A stretch of 64,000 nt of DNA, taken from NCBI GenBank assembly GCA_964387275.1, contig CAYLVW010000001.1, forward strand, positions 291,508-355,507, given 5' to 3'. The DNA comes from an uncultured Candidatus Saccharibacteria bacterium. Lineage in GTDB: Bacteria; Patescibacteriota; WWE3; UBA101185; UBA10185. Position numbers and translations under genes: made by a program. This document shows positions 9,833 through 19,943 of this stretch, one piece after another; the stretch's first letter is position 1; each line of letters starts with the position of its first letter. The notes under the pieces were generated by a model. The model saw only the letters and a program-made list of their open reading frames with translations, had not been told where the DNA came from and made no database searches.

Positions 9833-10039
9833 AAGTTCGCAACAACTTGTTTTGCAAATAAGTTTTGGCAAATTTGCGAATAATATTCTTAGTTTTTTGA
9901 AGCCCCTTGGGCGATTAGCTTTCAGGCTATCTTTTCTCTAATGTTTTCTAGAAAAAACTTGTAAGGCTTTTACTAGTAAACTTGTCGAAAATAAGTAGCG
10001 AAATAGTCCAGCAACAATGTTGCACAACTAAGTCAGTAC

Positions 10040-10528
10040 TTAGGGCAGAACTAAAACCTGTCCTGGTACTATAAGCGCTTGTGTGCCGTTTGGCAAATAT
10101 TTTATAGTTTCTTTGTTAGCTTCTAAAATTTTTGTCCACTCAGCGCCATTACCATATACTGCTTCTGCTATTTCCCAAAGTGTGTCTCCTCTAACTACTG
10201 AGTAAGTACCACCTGTAATATCGCCCTCTACGTAATCATTTGCTACCCAAGCCGGACCAATAACTGTACCATTTGTTGTAGAACCTGAAATTGTTGTTTT
10301 GTCTTCTGTTTTGGTTTCGTCATCCAAACCAAACTTATCTTTTAGTTCTACGGTATCTTGATTGCTGGTACTTGTTGAAGTAATGTCTGCTGATTTGTTG
10401 AAGAAATTGTAAGTAGCAAATATTAAAGCTATAACGGCCATACCACCGACTAATAGTGCAAGTTTATCCCTATCCATTTCAAAAGGGAGATTAATCCCAG
10501 AAGGATTATTAGATTTATCGTTAGACAT
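10040..10528 (-). CDS. LysM-domain peptidoglycan-binding protein with an N-terminal TM anchor.
   Basis: The C-terminal YSVVRGDTLWEIAEAVYGNGAEWTKILEANK...PGQVLVLP is a canonical LysM. Confidence 0.65.
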   Translation of the reverse strand: MSNDKSNNPSGINLPFEMDRDKLALLVGGMAVIALIFATYNFFNKSADITSTSTSNQDTVELKDKFGLDDETKTEDKTTISGSTTNGTVIGPAWVANDYVEGDITGGTYSVVRGDTLWEIAEAVYGNGAEWTKILEANKETIKYLPNGTQALIVPGQVLVLP

Positions 10529-10687
10529 TTAAGCACCTCCATTCACGTCAAATTTAATATTCTTGCTTTTAGGCAAGAGACGTTTACGTCGTTTGGGGCA
10601 ATGTATAATCAATATTATACTATCATAGGTTAGTATTTAATCAATAAAGTTTGTTTAATAGGTTTGAGTATAAAGTTTATTACTTTA

Positions 10688-10764
10688 TGGCGGAACCGAC
10701 GGGGCTCGAACCCGCGGCCTCTTCCGTGACAGGGAAGCGCTCTAACCAACTGAGCTACGGCTCC
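10688..10764 (-). tRNA. tRNA-Asp (anticodon GTC)
   Basis: The reverse complement is GGAGCCG-TA-GCTCAGTTGGTTAGAGC-G-CTTCC-CTGTCAC-GGAAG...GGTTCGAGCCC...CGGTTCC-G-CCA. Confidence 0.85.
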
Positions 10765-10941
10765 AGATAAAAGTATTTTAACATCTCTGAGCATTTTTGA
10801 CTCAAAGCCGGTAAATATTAACAAAGCATATCTACTCGGTCAATTGGTAACATAGGTACAGACTCAGGCAGTTTTTATGTAATCTAACTATAGGGCATTA
10901 TCTTATTGTTACGGCAGCAATAAACCACTAGAATACTCTTA

Positions 10942-12708
10942 ATGAGTGCAACGAGATTAACAAACAAACAAATAGTAACCTATTTAAAAGAGACTCTAGC
11001 AGCGCTTGAGGTAACGGAAGCTAATAGATTTAGAGTTAGAGCTTACCAAAACGCTATATCTTCAATAGATGCTCTTACGTCAAGTGTTTACGATCTTTGG
11101 GAGAATAACAGGCTTTCAGAAATCGCTGGTGTTGGTGAAGGCCTTAAGTACGATTTAACGTCTCTTTTTGAGTCAGGTGGGGTTCCCGAACATGAGAAAC
11201 TCAAAAAATCCTTACCTCAAGGTATGTTTGAACTTATTGGGATTAGAGGTATTGGTGCAAAAAAAGCGTATAAATTAGCAAAGGCATTTTCTCTTGAGGA
11301 TAGAGCTTTAGCTCTTGAGAAGTTAAAGGAAGCGGCAGAAACGGGGAAAGTACAGATACTTGATGGTTTTGGTGAAAAATCAGAGAAAGATATTTTAGAG
11401 GCCCTTCTAGATTCTAAAAAGACAAAAAATGAAAAACCCAGACTTCTACTTATAAAAGCAGAGGAGGTTGCCGAAAGAGTTCTATCTTATATGAAGCTAT
11501 GCCCAAGCGTTATCGAAATTAATACTCTTGGATCTCTAAGAAGGAGGCAATCAACAGTAGGAGATTTAGATATAGCTGCATCCTCACATGATATTGAAAA
11601 AGTGCTAGGTTTTTTTGAAAAATTTCCGGAGATAGGTGAAGTTATTGCTAGGGGAGATAAAAAAATCCAGGCTGTTTTAAAAAATGATTTACAGATTGAC
11701 TTTAGAGTAGCAACTCCTAAAGCATACGGCGCTATGCTTCAATATTTTACGGGTTCAAAACAACATAATGTTCTATTAAGAACTTATTCTTTGGATAGTG
11801 GTAAATCCTTGTCAGAGTATGGGATTAAATATAAAAGTTCTCTTCATGAGTTTTCTACGGAGGCTGATTTTTATAGGTTTATCGGACTTCCATATATACA
11901 TCCAGAGCTTAGGCAAGGTAAAAACGAGATAGAACTTGCTCGAGGTAATAAACTCCCAAGCTTGGTACAACTCTCTGATATTAAAGGTGAAGTGCATACT
12001 CACACAACAAGTTCTGATGGGGAGAACTCGCTTGATGATATGACTGAGGTAGCAGCCTCCATGGACTACCAATACTATGGTATCTCGGATCATGCTCCAA
12101 GCGTTATATCAAGGGGATATGACGAGGTCGAAAAAATTATATACAACCACAAAACACAAATATCTATAAGACAGAAAGAACTTAAAGACTTAAAGTTACT
12201 TTTTGGCTATGAGGTAAATATTTTAAATGATTCCACACTGGGTTTGCCCGACTCTTTGCTTAAAGAATTAGACTATGTTGTGGCATCAATTCATACTTCT
12301 TTTAGTCAAGACAGGGATGTTATAACTGAAAGGCTTATAAAAGCAATTGAGAATCCATATGTTAATATAATCGGTCACCCGTCCGGTAGATTAATAAATG
12401 AAAGGATTGCTTGTGATATTGATTGGACAAAAGTATTTGATGCGCTTCTTTACAATGACAAAACAATTGAGATAAACTCCCAACCATCAAGGCTGGATCT
12501 TGCTGACGACTTAGTTAAAGAAGCAATTGGAAGGGGTATAAAAATTATTATAAACACAGACGCACACTCTACAAGAGATCTATCCTATATGAAGTATGGA
12601 ATCGATGTGGCAAGACGAGGTTTTTGCGAGGCAAGAAACATTGTGAATACTTTACCTTTGGACGATTTTTTGAGAGTATTGAAAGTACGTAATCAAAAAG
12701 AGAAGTAG
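10942..12708 (+). CDS. polX: DNA polymerase X family with a C-terminal PHP phosphoesterase domain.
   Basis: HhH GIGAKKA, Pol-beta nucleotidyltransferase motif GSLRRRQSTVGDLDI, PHP His cluster HTHTTSSDG. Confidence 0.8.
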   Translation: MSATRLTNKQIVTYLKETLAALEVTEANRFRVRAYQNAISSIDALTSSVYDLWENNRLSEIAGVGEGLKYDLTSLFESGGVPEHEKLKKSLPQGMFELIGIRGIGAKKAYKLAKAFSLEDRALALEKLKEAAETGKVQILDGFGEKSEKDILEALLDSKKTKNEKPRLLLIKAEEVAERVLSYMKLCPSVIEINTLGSLRRRQSTVGDLDIAASSHDIEKVLGFFEKFPEIGEVIARGDKKIQAVLKNDLQIDFRVATPKAYGAMLQYFTGSKQHNVLLRTYSLDSGKSLSEYGIKYKSSLHEFSTEADFYRFIGLPYIHPELRQGKNEIELARGNKLPSLVQLSDIKGEVHTHTTSSDGENSLDDMTEVAASMDYQYYGISDHAPSVISRGYDEVEKIIYNHKTQISIRQKELKDLKLLFGYEVNILNDSTLGLPDSLLKELDYVVASIHTSFSQDRDVITERLIKAIENPYVNIIGHPSGRLINERIACDIDWTKVFDALLYNDKTIEINSQPSRLDLADDLVKEAIGRGIKIIINTDAHSTRDLSYMKYGIDVARRGFCEARNIVNTLPLDDFLRVLKVRNQKEK

Positions 12709-12732
12709 TTGGTTTAAATAAGAAGGAGTTAT

Positions 12733-13287
12733 ATGTATTTAGTACTTGTGCCAGTTATTTTAATAGCTATAGTTGTATTTTATTTTATAAGTATTTACAA
12801 CACTTTTGCGGGCTTGAAGGTTAAGGTAAAAGAAGCGTGGAGCCATATTGATATTCAGTTAAAAAGACGTGTGGATTTAATCCCAAACCTAGTTGAAACA
12901 GTTAAAGGTTACGCAAAGCATGAGAAAGAGGTATTTGAAAATGTAACCAAGGCAAGAGCTGCTTTAATGGGGGCTTCAAATGCAACCGAGGCAAGTCAAG
13001 CTGATAACATGCTAACTGGTGCTCTAAAGAGCTTATTTGCAGTTGCCGAGGCTTATCCGGAACTTAAAGCGCAGGAAGGATTTTTGCATTTACAAAAAGA
13101 GTTAAGTGATACTGAAGATAAAATTGCCTATTCCAGACAATTCTATAACTCTGTTGTTAGAGATTTTAATTCTCAAATTGTGATGTTTCCCTCAAATTTG
13201 ATAGCTCAGATGTTTGGATTTTCACAAGAGGCATTTTTTGAAGTAACAAACCCACAAGAACGAGAGCCTGTAAAAGTAAACTTTTAA
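12733..13287 (+). CDS. lemA: LemA family protein.
   Basis: N-terminal TM plus the conserved LemA core (YNTFAGLKVKVKEAWSHIDIQLKRRVDLIPNLVETVKGYA). Confidence 0.75.
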   Translation: MYLVLVPVILIAIVVFYFISIYNTFAGLKVKVKEAWSHIDIQLKRRVDLIPNLVETVKGYAKHEKEVFENVTKARAALMGASNATEASQADNMLTGALKSLFAVAEAYPELKAQEGFLHLQKELSDTEDKIAYSRQFYNSVVRDFNSQIVMFPSNLIAQMFGFSQEAFFEVTNPQEREPVKVNF

Positions 13288-13307
13288 TAATAGCATTACT
13301 GTAAAAC

Positions 13308-14219
13308 ATGAATATCTACAATCAGATTGATAGTAATAAACGAAACACGATCTTTATAATGTTAGGATTTATACTTGTAGTTAGTTTTATTGGGTGGTTT
13401 GTCGGGGAATATTTTTTTGAAGGTAGTGGTACATTTATGACGGGCATTGCCCTTATATTTTCAGGTTTTAGTGGTTTTTTTTCTTATTATTTCTCAGATC
13501 AAATTGTCCTTGGGCTTTCGGGCGCCAAAGAAATAAAAGAGACTGATAATCCTTATATCTATAAGTTAGTTCAGAACTTATGTATAGGTGCTGGGTTACC
13601 TCTTCCTAAAATATATATTATTGAAGACACCGCCATGAATGCATTTGCTACAGGAAGAGACCCCAATCACTCTGTTGTATGTTTTACAACAGGCATTATA
13701 TCCAGATTAAACAAGCTTGAGTTAGAAGGTGTGATTGCTCATGAACTCTCTCACATTAAAAACTATGATATTAGATTGATGTCTATTGTTTCTGTTTTAG
13801 TAGGAACTATTGCACTCTTATCTGATTTTTTTACAAGAGGTGCGCTCTGGGGTTCTGGGGGTAAAAGAAGGGATAGGGAAGGATCTGGTGCTGAACTTAC
13901 TGGGTTTGTTTTAGTACTGGGAGTTTTAATACTAATTTTAGGCCCTGTTATAGCTACACTAATAAAACTTGCTGTTTCCAGAAACAGAGAATATTTAGCT
14001 GATGCTTCCGCAGCACTTCTAACAAGATATCCAAAGGGTTTGGCCGACGCTCTAAGAAAAATTTCCGGAGATACAGAAATTCTAGAGGCTGCTAATAGTG
14101 CGACTGCACACCTGTACATTTCAAATCCCTTAAAATCAGGAGCTCTGGGGTTTTTGGGCGGCCTTTTTGATACACACCCTCCTGTAGAGGAGCGCATTAA
14201 TAGACTGACCTCAATGTAA
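13308..14219 (+). CDS. htpX: HtpX-like M48 zinc metalloprotease.
   Basis: The HELSHIKN HExxH motif and TM topology match HtpX; it sits in the usual LemA-M48 pairing. Confidence 0.75.
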   Translation: MNIYNQIDSNKRNTIFIMLGFILVVSFIGWFVGEYFFEGSGTFMTGIALIFSGFSGFFSYYFSDQIVLGLSGAKEIKETDNPYIYKLVQNLCIGAGLPLPKIYIIEDTAMNAFATGRDPNHSVVCFTTGIISRLNKLELEGVIAHELSHIKNYDIRLMSIVSVLVGTIALLSDFFTRGALWGSGGKRRDREGSGAELTGFVLVLGVLILILGPVIATLIKLAVSRNREYLADASAALLTRYPKGLADALRKISGDTEILEAANSATAHLYISNPLKSGALGFLGGLFDTHPPVEERINRLTSM

Positions 14220-14300
14220 CCATACTATTACAAGTAAGGTTGCTCCTGTACAAAACCTATAGTATAATACATCTAACACTTCAGGCAAAGGATCAAAACA

Positions 14301-14567
14301 ATGGAAAATTTTTGGCCGTTTATTCATGTTTCCGTTTATTTTATGTTCGTACTTTTTAGCTTTGTGACTTTGCCCTCTATGTGGTTATATACGAGCTACT
14401 CTCATATTGAGAATAACAAGCTTAGCAGTTTTGTAAAGCTTGTGCTCGTCATATGGAGTACGGCTCTATCTGCAAGTGTTTTTATAGTTAACCTTTTCAT
14501 TATTGTCGCTAACTACGCGGGGATGGAGGCTAACTTAAAGATTTTATTAAACACTGCCTCAAGGTAG
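14301..14567 (+). CDS. Small hypothetical membrane protein (88 aa).
   Basis: Three predicted TM segments; no motif recognised. Confidence 0.3.
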   Translation: MENFWPFIHVSVYFMFVLFSFVTLPSMWLYTSYSHIENNKLSSFVKLVLVIWSTALSASVFIVNLFIIVANYAGMEANLKILLNTASR

Positions 14568-14573
14568 TACTTT

Positions 14574-14617
14574 ACCGCAGTCTTGAGATTTTATATCTCA
14601 CTTCTGCGGTTTTTTTA
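14574..14617 (+). terminator. Intrinsic terminator with a two-part stem: ACCGCAG..GAGAT-tttat-ATCTC..CTGCGGT, followed by T7.
   Basis: Direct sequence inspection. Confidence 0.55.
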
Positions 14618-14652
14618 TTGGGAAAAAGCGTTGTTATTGATATAATCTTCAC

Positions 14653-14949
14653 GTGATTACAAAAGAAGAAGTAATAAAAGTTGCAAAACTTGTAAATATC
14701 AAATTAACTGATGATGAAGTTTCTAAATTGTCTGAGTTATTTTCTGACACTCTGGATAAAATTGCGGTCCTAAATGAGCTTGATGTTAGTGGTGTTTTGG
14801 AAACATATCAAGTTAATGGTCTTACTAATATTTATAGTGTCGAGGTATTAAATAAAGCTACTCTTTCCAAAGACGAAGCCTTAGCAAATGCCACAAAAAG
14901 AGTTAATGATTACTTTGCCACTAAAGCAGTATTTGAAAGGTCACAATGA
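14653..14949 (+). CDS. gatC: Asp/Glu-tRNA amidotransferase subunit C.
   Basis: Size, position upstream of gatA, and the conserved GatC N-terminus (ITKEEVIKVAKLVNIKLTDDE). Confidence 0.75.
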   Translation: MITKEEVIKVAKLVNIKLTDDEVSKLSELFSDTLDKIAVLNELDVSGVLETYQVNGLTNIYSVEVLNKATLSKDEALANATKRVNDYFATKAVFERSQ

Positions 14950-16379
14950 AACTAAACGAACTTACTATACTTGAAGCAATAGAAGGATTAAAAACAAGTA
15001 AGTTTACGTCAGTAGAGTTAACGAAAGCCTGTTTTGACCAAATTAAAAAACATGACCTTGAGATAAAAGCCTTCGTTACTCTATGTGAATCCCAAGCACT
15101 TAATGATGCAGCTGAAGCTGACAAACTTATTAAAGTATCAGGAGTAGACATTTTTAATTCAAAACCTTTACTTGGTGTTCCATATGCCTGTAAAGATAAT
15201 TTTAATACAAACGGTATTGAAACAACCGCAAGTTCTAATGTATTAAAAGGTTATATTCCTCCTTATGAATCTACTGTGACCTCCAAGCTTAAGGACGCTG
15301 GAGCTATATTAATTGGAAAAACAAATATGGATGCTTTTGCGCATGGGTCATCTACAGAAACTTCGGATTTTTTTACTACAAGAAATCCTTGGGATACTTC
15401 AAGAGTTCCTGGTGGCTCATCTGGAGGATCAGGTGCTGCTGTTGCTTCCAATATGTGTATTTTTGCATTGGGTAGTGAGACAGCAGGTAGTATTAGATGT
15501 CCTGCTTCATGGTGCGGCGTAACAGGGTTTAAACCATCTTATGGCAGAGTTAGCAGGTACGGGCTTATAGCTATGGCGAGTTCCACAGATCAAGCTGGCC
15601 CTATCGCAAAAAATATTGAAGATTGTGCTTTAGTAATGGAGATAATAGCGGGTAAAGATCCTAAAGATGCTACCTCTTCAAATACTCCTGTTGAGAAATA
15701 CCTAGAGGAAGCAAAATCAGCAAATTCTTTAAAAGGTGTGAGGATAGGAAAACCAAAATCATATTTTGATATAGATTTAGAACCAGGTGTTAAAAAATCT
15801 ATTGAAGATGCAATTATCATATTTGAAAATCTAGGTGCAGAAATTGTAGAAATAGATCTACTTGATCCAAAATACTCAATTGCTGTCTATACAATTTTGC
15901 AAAGATCAGAGGTTTCCTCTAATTTAGCAAGACTTGATGGGATAAGATATGGTCATGATAGACAAAGCTTCGGATTTGAGGCAAAAAAGAGAATGATGCT
16001 AGGTGCTTACACATTAAGCTCTGGTTACTATGATGCATACTATTCAAAAGCACAGAAAGTCAGAACTCTAATTGTTGAGGATTTTAATAAAGCTTTCGAA
16101 AAAGTCGATATGATTGTTGGTCCTACTATGCCATGTTCTGCTTTAAAAATTGGTGAATCTGAGAAATCTTCGATGTTTGGCGAGATTATGGATGTTCTAA
16201 CTGAGCCGAGTTCAATTGCAGGAGTTACTGCTTTAAACCTCCCTTGTGGGTTTGATGAGAATGGCTTACCTATAGGTGTGCAATTAATTGGTCAGCAGTT
16301 TGATGAGGTCAAGATATTTAAAGCAGCGAGTGTATTTCAGAAGAACACTGATTTTCACAAGAAATTTCCTCTTGCGTGA
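14946..16379 (+). CDS. gatA: Asp/Glu-tRNA amidotransferase subunit A (amidase signature family).
   Basis: Amidase signature GGSSGGSGAAVAS and catalytic Ser/Lys context; there is a 4-bp overlap with gatC. Confidence 0.9.
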   Translation: MKLNELTILEAIEGLKTSKFTSVELTKACFDQIKKHDLEIKAFVTLCESQALNDAAEADKLIKVSGVDIFNSKPLLGVPYACKDNFNTNGIETTASSNVLKGYIPPYESTVTSKLKDAGAILIGKTNMDAFAHGSSTETSDFFTTRNPWDTSRVPGGSSGGSGAAVASNMCIFALGSETAGSIRCPASWCGVTGFKPSYGRVSRYGLIAMASSTDQAGPIAKNIEDCALVMEIIAGKDPKDATSSNTPVEKYLEEAKSANSLKGVRIGKPKSYFDIDLEPGVKKSIEDAIIIFENLGAEIVEIDLLDPKYSIAVYTILQRSEVSSNLARLDGIRYGHDRQSFGFEAKKRMMLGAYTLSSGYYDAYYSKAQKVRTLIVEDFNKAFEKVDMIVGPTMPCSALKIGESEKSSMFGEIMDVLTEPSSIAGVTALNLPCGFDENGLPIGVQLIGQQFDEVKIFKAASVFQKNTDFHKKFPLA

Positions 16380-16388
16380 TAAAATACT

Positions 16389-18152
16389 ATGATGACAAGA
16401 ATAAAGGCAATAGATACATCTAATAAAGTTGGAGAAACCGTGACAGTAATGGGCTGGGTTGATAGAGTTAGGGACCATGGCGGTTTGATTTTTATTGATT
16501 TACGCGATAGAAGCGGGTTTGTTCAGATAGTTTGCAATCCGGAGAATCAAGCAGTTTATACCGAGGCAAAAAAAGCAGGTCCCGAATATGTGGTTTCTGT
16601 GACGGGCACTGTAGCAAAAAGACCTGAGTTTACCATAAATAAAAACCTTCCGACTGGGGAAATAGAGATACCTGCAGAAGATTTTAAGATTCTTAATATT
16701 TCAAAAACAACTCCGTTTCCAATTCATGATGAAGACAAGGTAGAAGATGAGTCATTAAGACTCGAGTACAGATATTTAGATCTAAGAAGACCAGAAATGA
16801 AAACACGCTTAGAGCTAAGACACCAAGTTGTAGACTTTATAAGGAGATACATGAGTGATGCAGAATTTTGGGATGTTGAAACGCCTGTTCTTATGAAAGG
16901 AACTCCTGAAGGCGCAAGAGAATTCTTAGTCCCAAGTAGAGTTTATAAAGGTAAGTTTTATGTTTTGCCTCAGTCCCCTCAACAGTATAAGCAGTTGCTA
17001 ATGGTCTCAGGAATTGAGAAATACTACCAAATTGCCAGATGCTTTAGAGATGAGGATCAAAGGGGCGACAGACAACCAGAATTTACACAGCTAGATCTCG
17101 AGATGTCCTTTATTGAAAGGGAAGATATTCTACAAACACTTGAAGATTTATTTACCAAGTTGGTTGCAAAAGTTACGCCGAATAAAAAACTACTATCAAG
17201 TCCTTTTACCAGAATGACTTATGAAGAAGCTGTAACTAGGTATGGTAATGATAAACCTGATCTTCGTATCGGCATGGAGATTATAGATTTTACAAATCTT
17301 TTTAAAGACCTTGAACTTCAGATATTTAAGGAAACATTTGCAGTAGGAGGCGTGCTTAAAGGCTTTGTAGCTAAAAGAGCCAAATGGTTTGATAAGAAAG
17401 CATTTGAGGGACTAACAAATCAACTTAAAGAACTAGGGGCAAAAGGTTTGCTCTATTTTGAAGTAAGGGAAGGTACAGTAAAAACTCCAATTCAAAATCA
17501 GCTTAACGAGGAAGTGTTTTCAAAAGTTCGAGAATTATCAGGTGCTGAAGCTGGAGATATTATATTTGCTGTTTCTGATAGCAACACCAAAGTTAATGAC
17601 TATTTAACAGCTCTAAGAAAAGAGGTTGCAAGAAGAAGTGGGTTGTATGAAGAAGTTAAAGATCAGATAGCGTTTGCCTGGGTTCTTGACTTTCCGCTTT
17701 TTGAATATGACCAGGAGAATAATTTAAGTTCAGTTCATCATCCTTTTACTATGCCAAAAAAAGAAGATATCACCTTTCTTGAAAGTGACCCTCTAAGAGT
17801 TAGGTCTGACGCCTACGATATTGTCGCAAATGGCTATGAGTTAGGTAGTGGAAGCATCAGAATTCATGATAGACAATTACAGTTTAAAATATTTGAAATG
17901 CTAGGACTTAAAGAAGAGGAAATAAACGATAGATTTGGGCACATTTTGACTGCCTTTGAGTATGGGGTGCCCCCTCACGGAGGTATAGCACCTGGTATTG
18001 ATAGACTTCTTATGGTACTAACTAATACAGAGACAATCAGAGAGGTTATGGCTTTTCCTAAAAACCAAAGTGGTAAGGATTTAATGACAAAAGCCCCATC
18101 TGAAGTAAGTGAGAAACAGTTAAAAGAACTTGGTTTGAAACTTATTCAATGA
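16389..18152 (+). CDS. aspS: Aspartyl-tRNA synthetase, bacterial type. It is probably non-discriminating, given its position inside the gatCAB cluster.
   Basis: OB-fold N-terminus, class II motifs (FRDE, GGIAPGIDRL), 587 aa. Confidence 0.9.
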   Translation: MMTRIKAIDTSNKVGETVTVMGWVDRVRDHGGLIFIDLRDRSGFVQIVCNPENQAVYTEAKKAGPEYVVSVTGTVAKRPEFTINKNLPTGEIEIPAEDFKILNISKTTPFPIHDEDKVEDESLRLEYRYLDLRRPEMKTRLELRHQVVDFIRRYMSDAEFWDVETPVLMKGTPEGAREFLVPSRVYKGKFYVLPQSPQQYKQLLMVSGIEKYYQIARCFRDEDQRGDRQPEFTQLDLEMSFIEREDILQTLEDLFTKLVAKVTPNKKLLSSPFTRMTYEEAVTRYGNDKPDLRIGMEIIDFTNLFKDLELQIFKETFAVGGVLKGFVAKRAKWFDKKAFEGLTNQLKELGAKGLLYFEVREGTVKTPIQNQLNEEVFSKVRELSGAEAGDIIFAVSDSNTKVNDYLTALRKEVARRSGLYEEVKDQIAFAWVLDFPLFEYDQENNLSSVHHPFTMPKKEDITFLESDPLRVRSDAYDIVANGYELGSGSIRIHDRQLQFKIFEMLGLKEEEINDRFGHILTAFEYGVPPHGGIAPGIDRLLMVLTNTETIREVMAFPKNQSGKDLMTKAPSEVSEKQLKELGLKLIQ

Positions 18153-18544
18153 TACTAGAGTTTCTAAAAAGCATCTTTATACCAAATACCTACAAAAGAG
18201 GTACTGTATCTTCACAGACAATTGAGAAGATTTCCAGAGACTGGGAAAATATCGCCGTTTTAGTAAAAGGAAAAAGCCCAAGTCAGTTAAAACAAGCACT
18301 AATAACAGCAGACAAGACTCTAGATGCTGCTTTAAAAGATATAGTTTTAGGAGACACTATGGGGGAAAGACTTAAAAATGCTAAAGATAAGTTTGATAGA
18401 GCTACATATAATCGAATTTGGGACGCCCATAAATTAAGAAATTCTCTAGTGCACGAAGCAGGTTTTGAACCCGGGTACTTCACTTTAGATGGTGCTATTA
18501 CAAATATTAGAATGGCACTTAGAAAGTTAAGGATTTATGTCTGA
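18149..18544 (+). CDS. Hypothetical protein with a C-terminal R-x4-H (RNSLVHE) motif, possibly HEPN/DUF4145-like. It is translationally coupled between aspS and gatB.
   Basis: ATGA overlap with the aspS stop and an 8-bp overlap with the gatB start. The RNxxxH motif sits in a predicted helical C-terminus. Confidence 0.35.
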   Translation: MILEFLKSIFIPNTYKRGTVSSQTIEKISRDWENIAVLVKGKSPSQLKQALITADKTLDAALKDIVLGDTMGERLKNAKDKFDRATYNRIWDAHKLRNSLVHEAGFEPGYFTLDGAITNIRMALRKLRIYV

Positions 18545-19850
18545 AAATTATAAGCTGGTATTAGGATTGGAAATCCATTTACATTTGAAAACAAAAACAA
18601 AAATGTTTTGTGGGTGTAGCGCAGACTTTTATGACAAAGAAGCAAATACCCATACATGTCCAGTTTGCTTAGGATTGCCGGGAGCTTTGCCAGTTGCTAA
18701 TTATGAAGCAGTTAGAAAAACCCAACTGTTAGGGTTGGCATTAGGATGCAAGCTAAATACTAATTCTAAATTTGATAGAAAACACTATTTCTACCCAGAC
18801 TTACCCAAAGGCTATCAAATCAGCCAATACAAAGAACCTTTATGTGAAGGAGGTAGCTTACAACTTACAAGTGGTGTTTTTTGCGAGATCGAAAGAATTC
18901 ATCTAGAGGAAGACACAGCTAAATCCATGCATGAAGGAGAGCACACTTTAATAGATTTTAACAAATCAGGTATGCCCCTTGTAGAAATAGTTACAAAACC
19001 TACCTTTAAATCTGTTGAGGATGCTGTTGAATTTTGTAAAAAAATTCAGGATCTGGTTAGGTTATTGGAAATAGGGGATGTAGATATGGAAAAGGGACAG
19101 ATGCGCTTAGAGGCTAATATTTCTGTTAGGACACAAGAAATGGAAACTAGTAATATTCTGCCAAAATACAAGGTGGAGGTGAAAAATATTAACTCTTTTA
19201 GATTTATGGAAAAAGCTGTAAGGTATGAGTTTAAAAGACAATCTGAGCTCCTATCAAATAGCGAGAAAGTTGTACAAGAAAATAGGGGTTGGGACGAGTC
19301 TTTAGGGCAAACAGTTTCACAACGTGAAAAAGAAGAAGCTCACGACTACAGATATTTTCCAGAACCAGATTTACCGCCCATGGTTTTTTCTGATGAATAT
19401 CTCAAAAAACTTTCTTCAGAGTTACCAGAACTCCCGTGGGTAAAAAAAGCCAGACTTATAAAACAGTATGGTCTGTCCGACAGCGTTGCCTTGCTGCTTT
19501 CCTCTACTGATAATAAAGTGATACTTGAGAAATTTGAAAGTATAGTTAAAGCTGGGATAGATCCATCAAAGGTTGCTAACTTATTACTTAATAAGCTTGA
19601 GTATAGGGAGCTAAGCACAAGTGATTTCGTATCAAAATATAAATCAGAAAACTCTAAGTTAACCGACACCATATTGATTTCTGAAGCAGTTGATAGGGTA
19701 TTAACAAGTAACTTAAAGTCAATCCAAGAATATCGCAAGGGTAAACTTAGTGTTATAGAGTTTCTAGTAGGAATGGCCATGAGAGAATTAAAAGGTAAAG
19801 CAGATGCAAATGTTGTACGAGGTCTTATAAGTGAAAAGCTTAATTTGTAA
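18537..19850 (+). CDS. gatB: Asp/Glu-tRNA amidotransferase subunit B.
   Basis: Conserved GatB N-terminus (LGLEIHLHLKTKTKMFCGC...CPVCLGLPG). Confidence 0.9.
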   Translation: MSENYKLVLGLEIHLHLKTKTKMFCGCSADFYDKEANTHTCPVCLGLPGALPVANYEAVRKTQLLGLALGCKLNTNSKFDRKHYFYPDLPKGYQISQYKEPLCEGGSLQLTSGVFCEIERIHLEEDTAKSMHEGEHTLIDFNKSGMPLVEIVTKPTFKSVEDAVEFCKKIQDLVRLLEIGDVDMEKGQMRLEANISVRTQEMETSNILPKYKVEVKNINSFRFMEKAVRYEFKRQSELLSNSEKVVQENRGWDESLGQTVSQREKEEAHDYRYFPEPDLPPMVFSDEYLKKLSSELPELPWVKKARLIKQYGLSDSVALLLSSTDNKVILEKFESIVKAGIDPSKVANLLLNKLEYRELSTSDFVSKYKSENSKLTDTILISEAVDRVLTSNLKSIQEYRKGKLSVIEFLVGMAMRELKGKADANVVRGLISEKLNL

Positions 19851-19943
19851 CTCTTGTTAAATTACATATTCTTCCTATAATTAATTCAGGCAGTGAAACA
19901 TATTTATTAACCTCTACTGGGTAGATTTCCTGTCGCCAAAATT

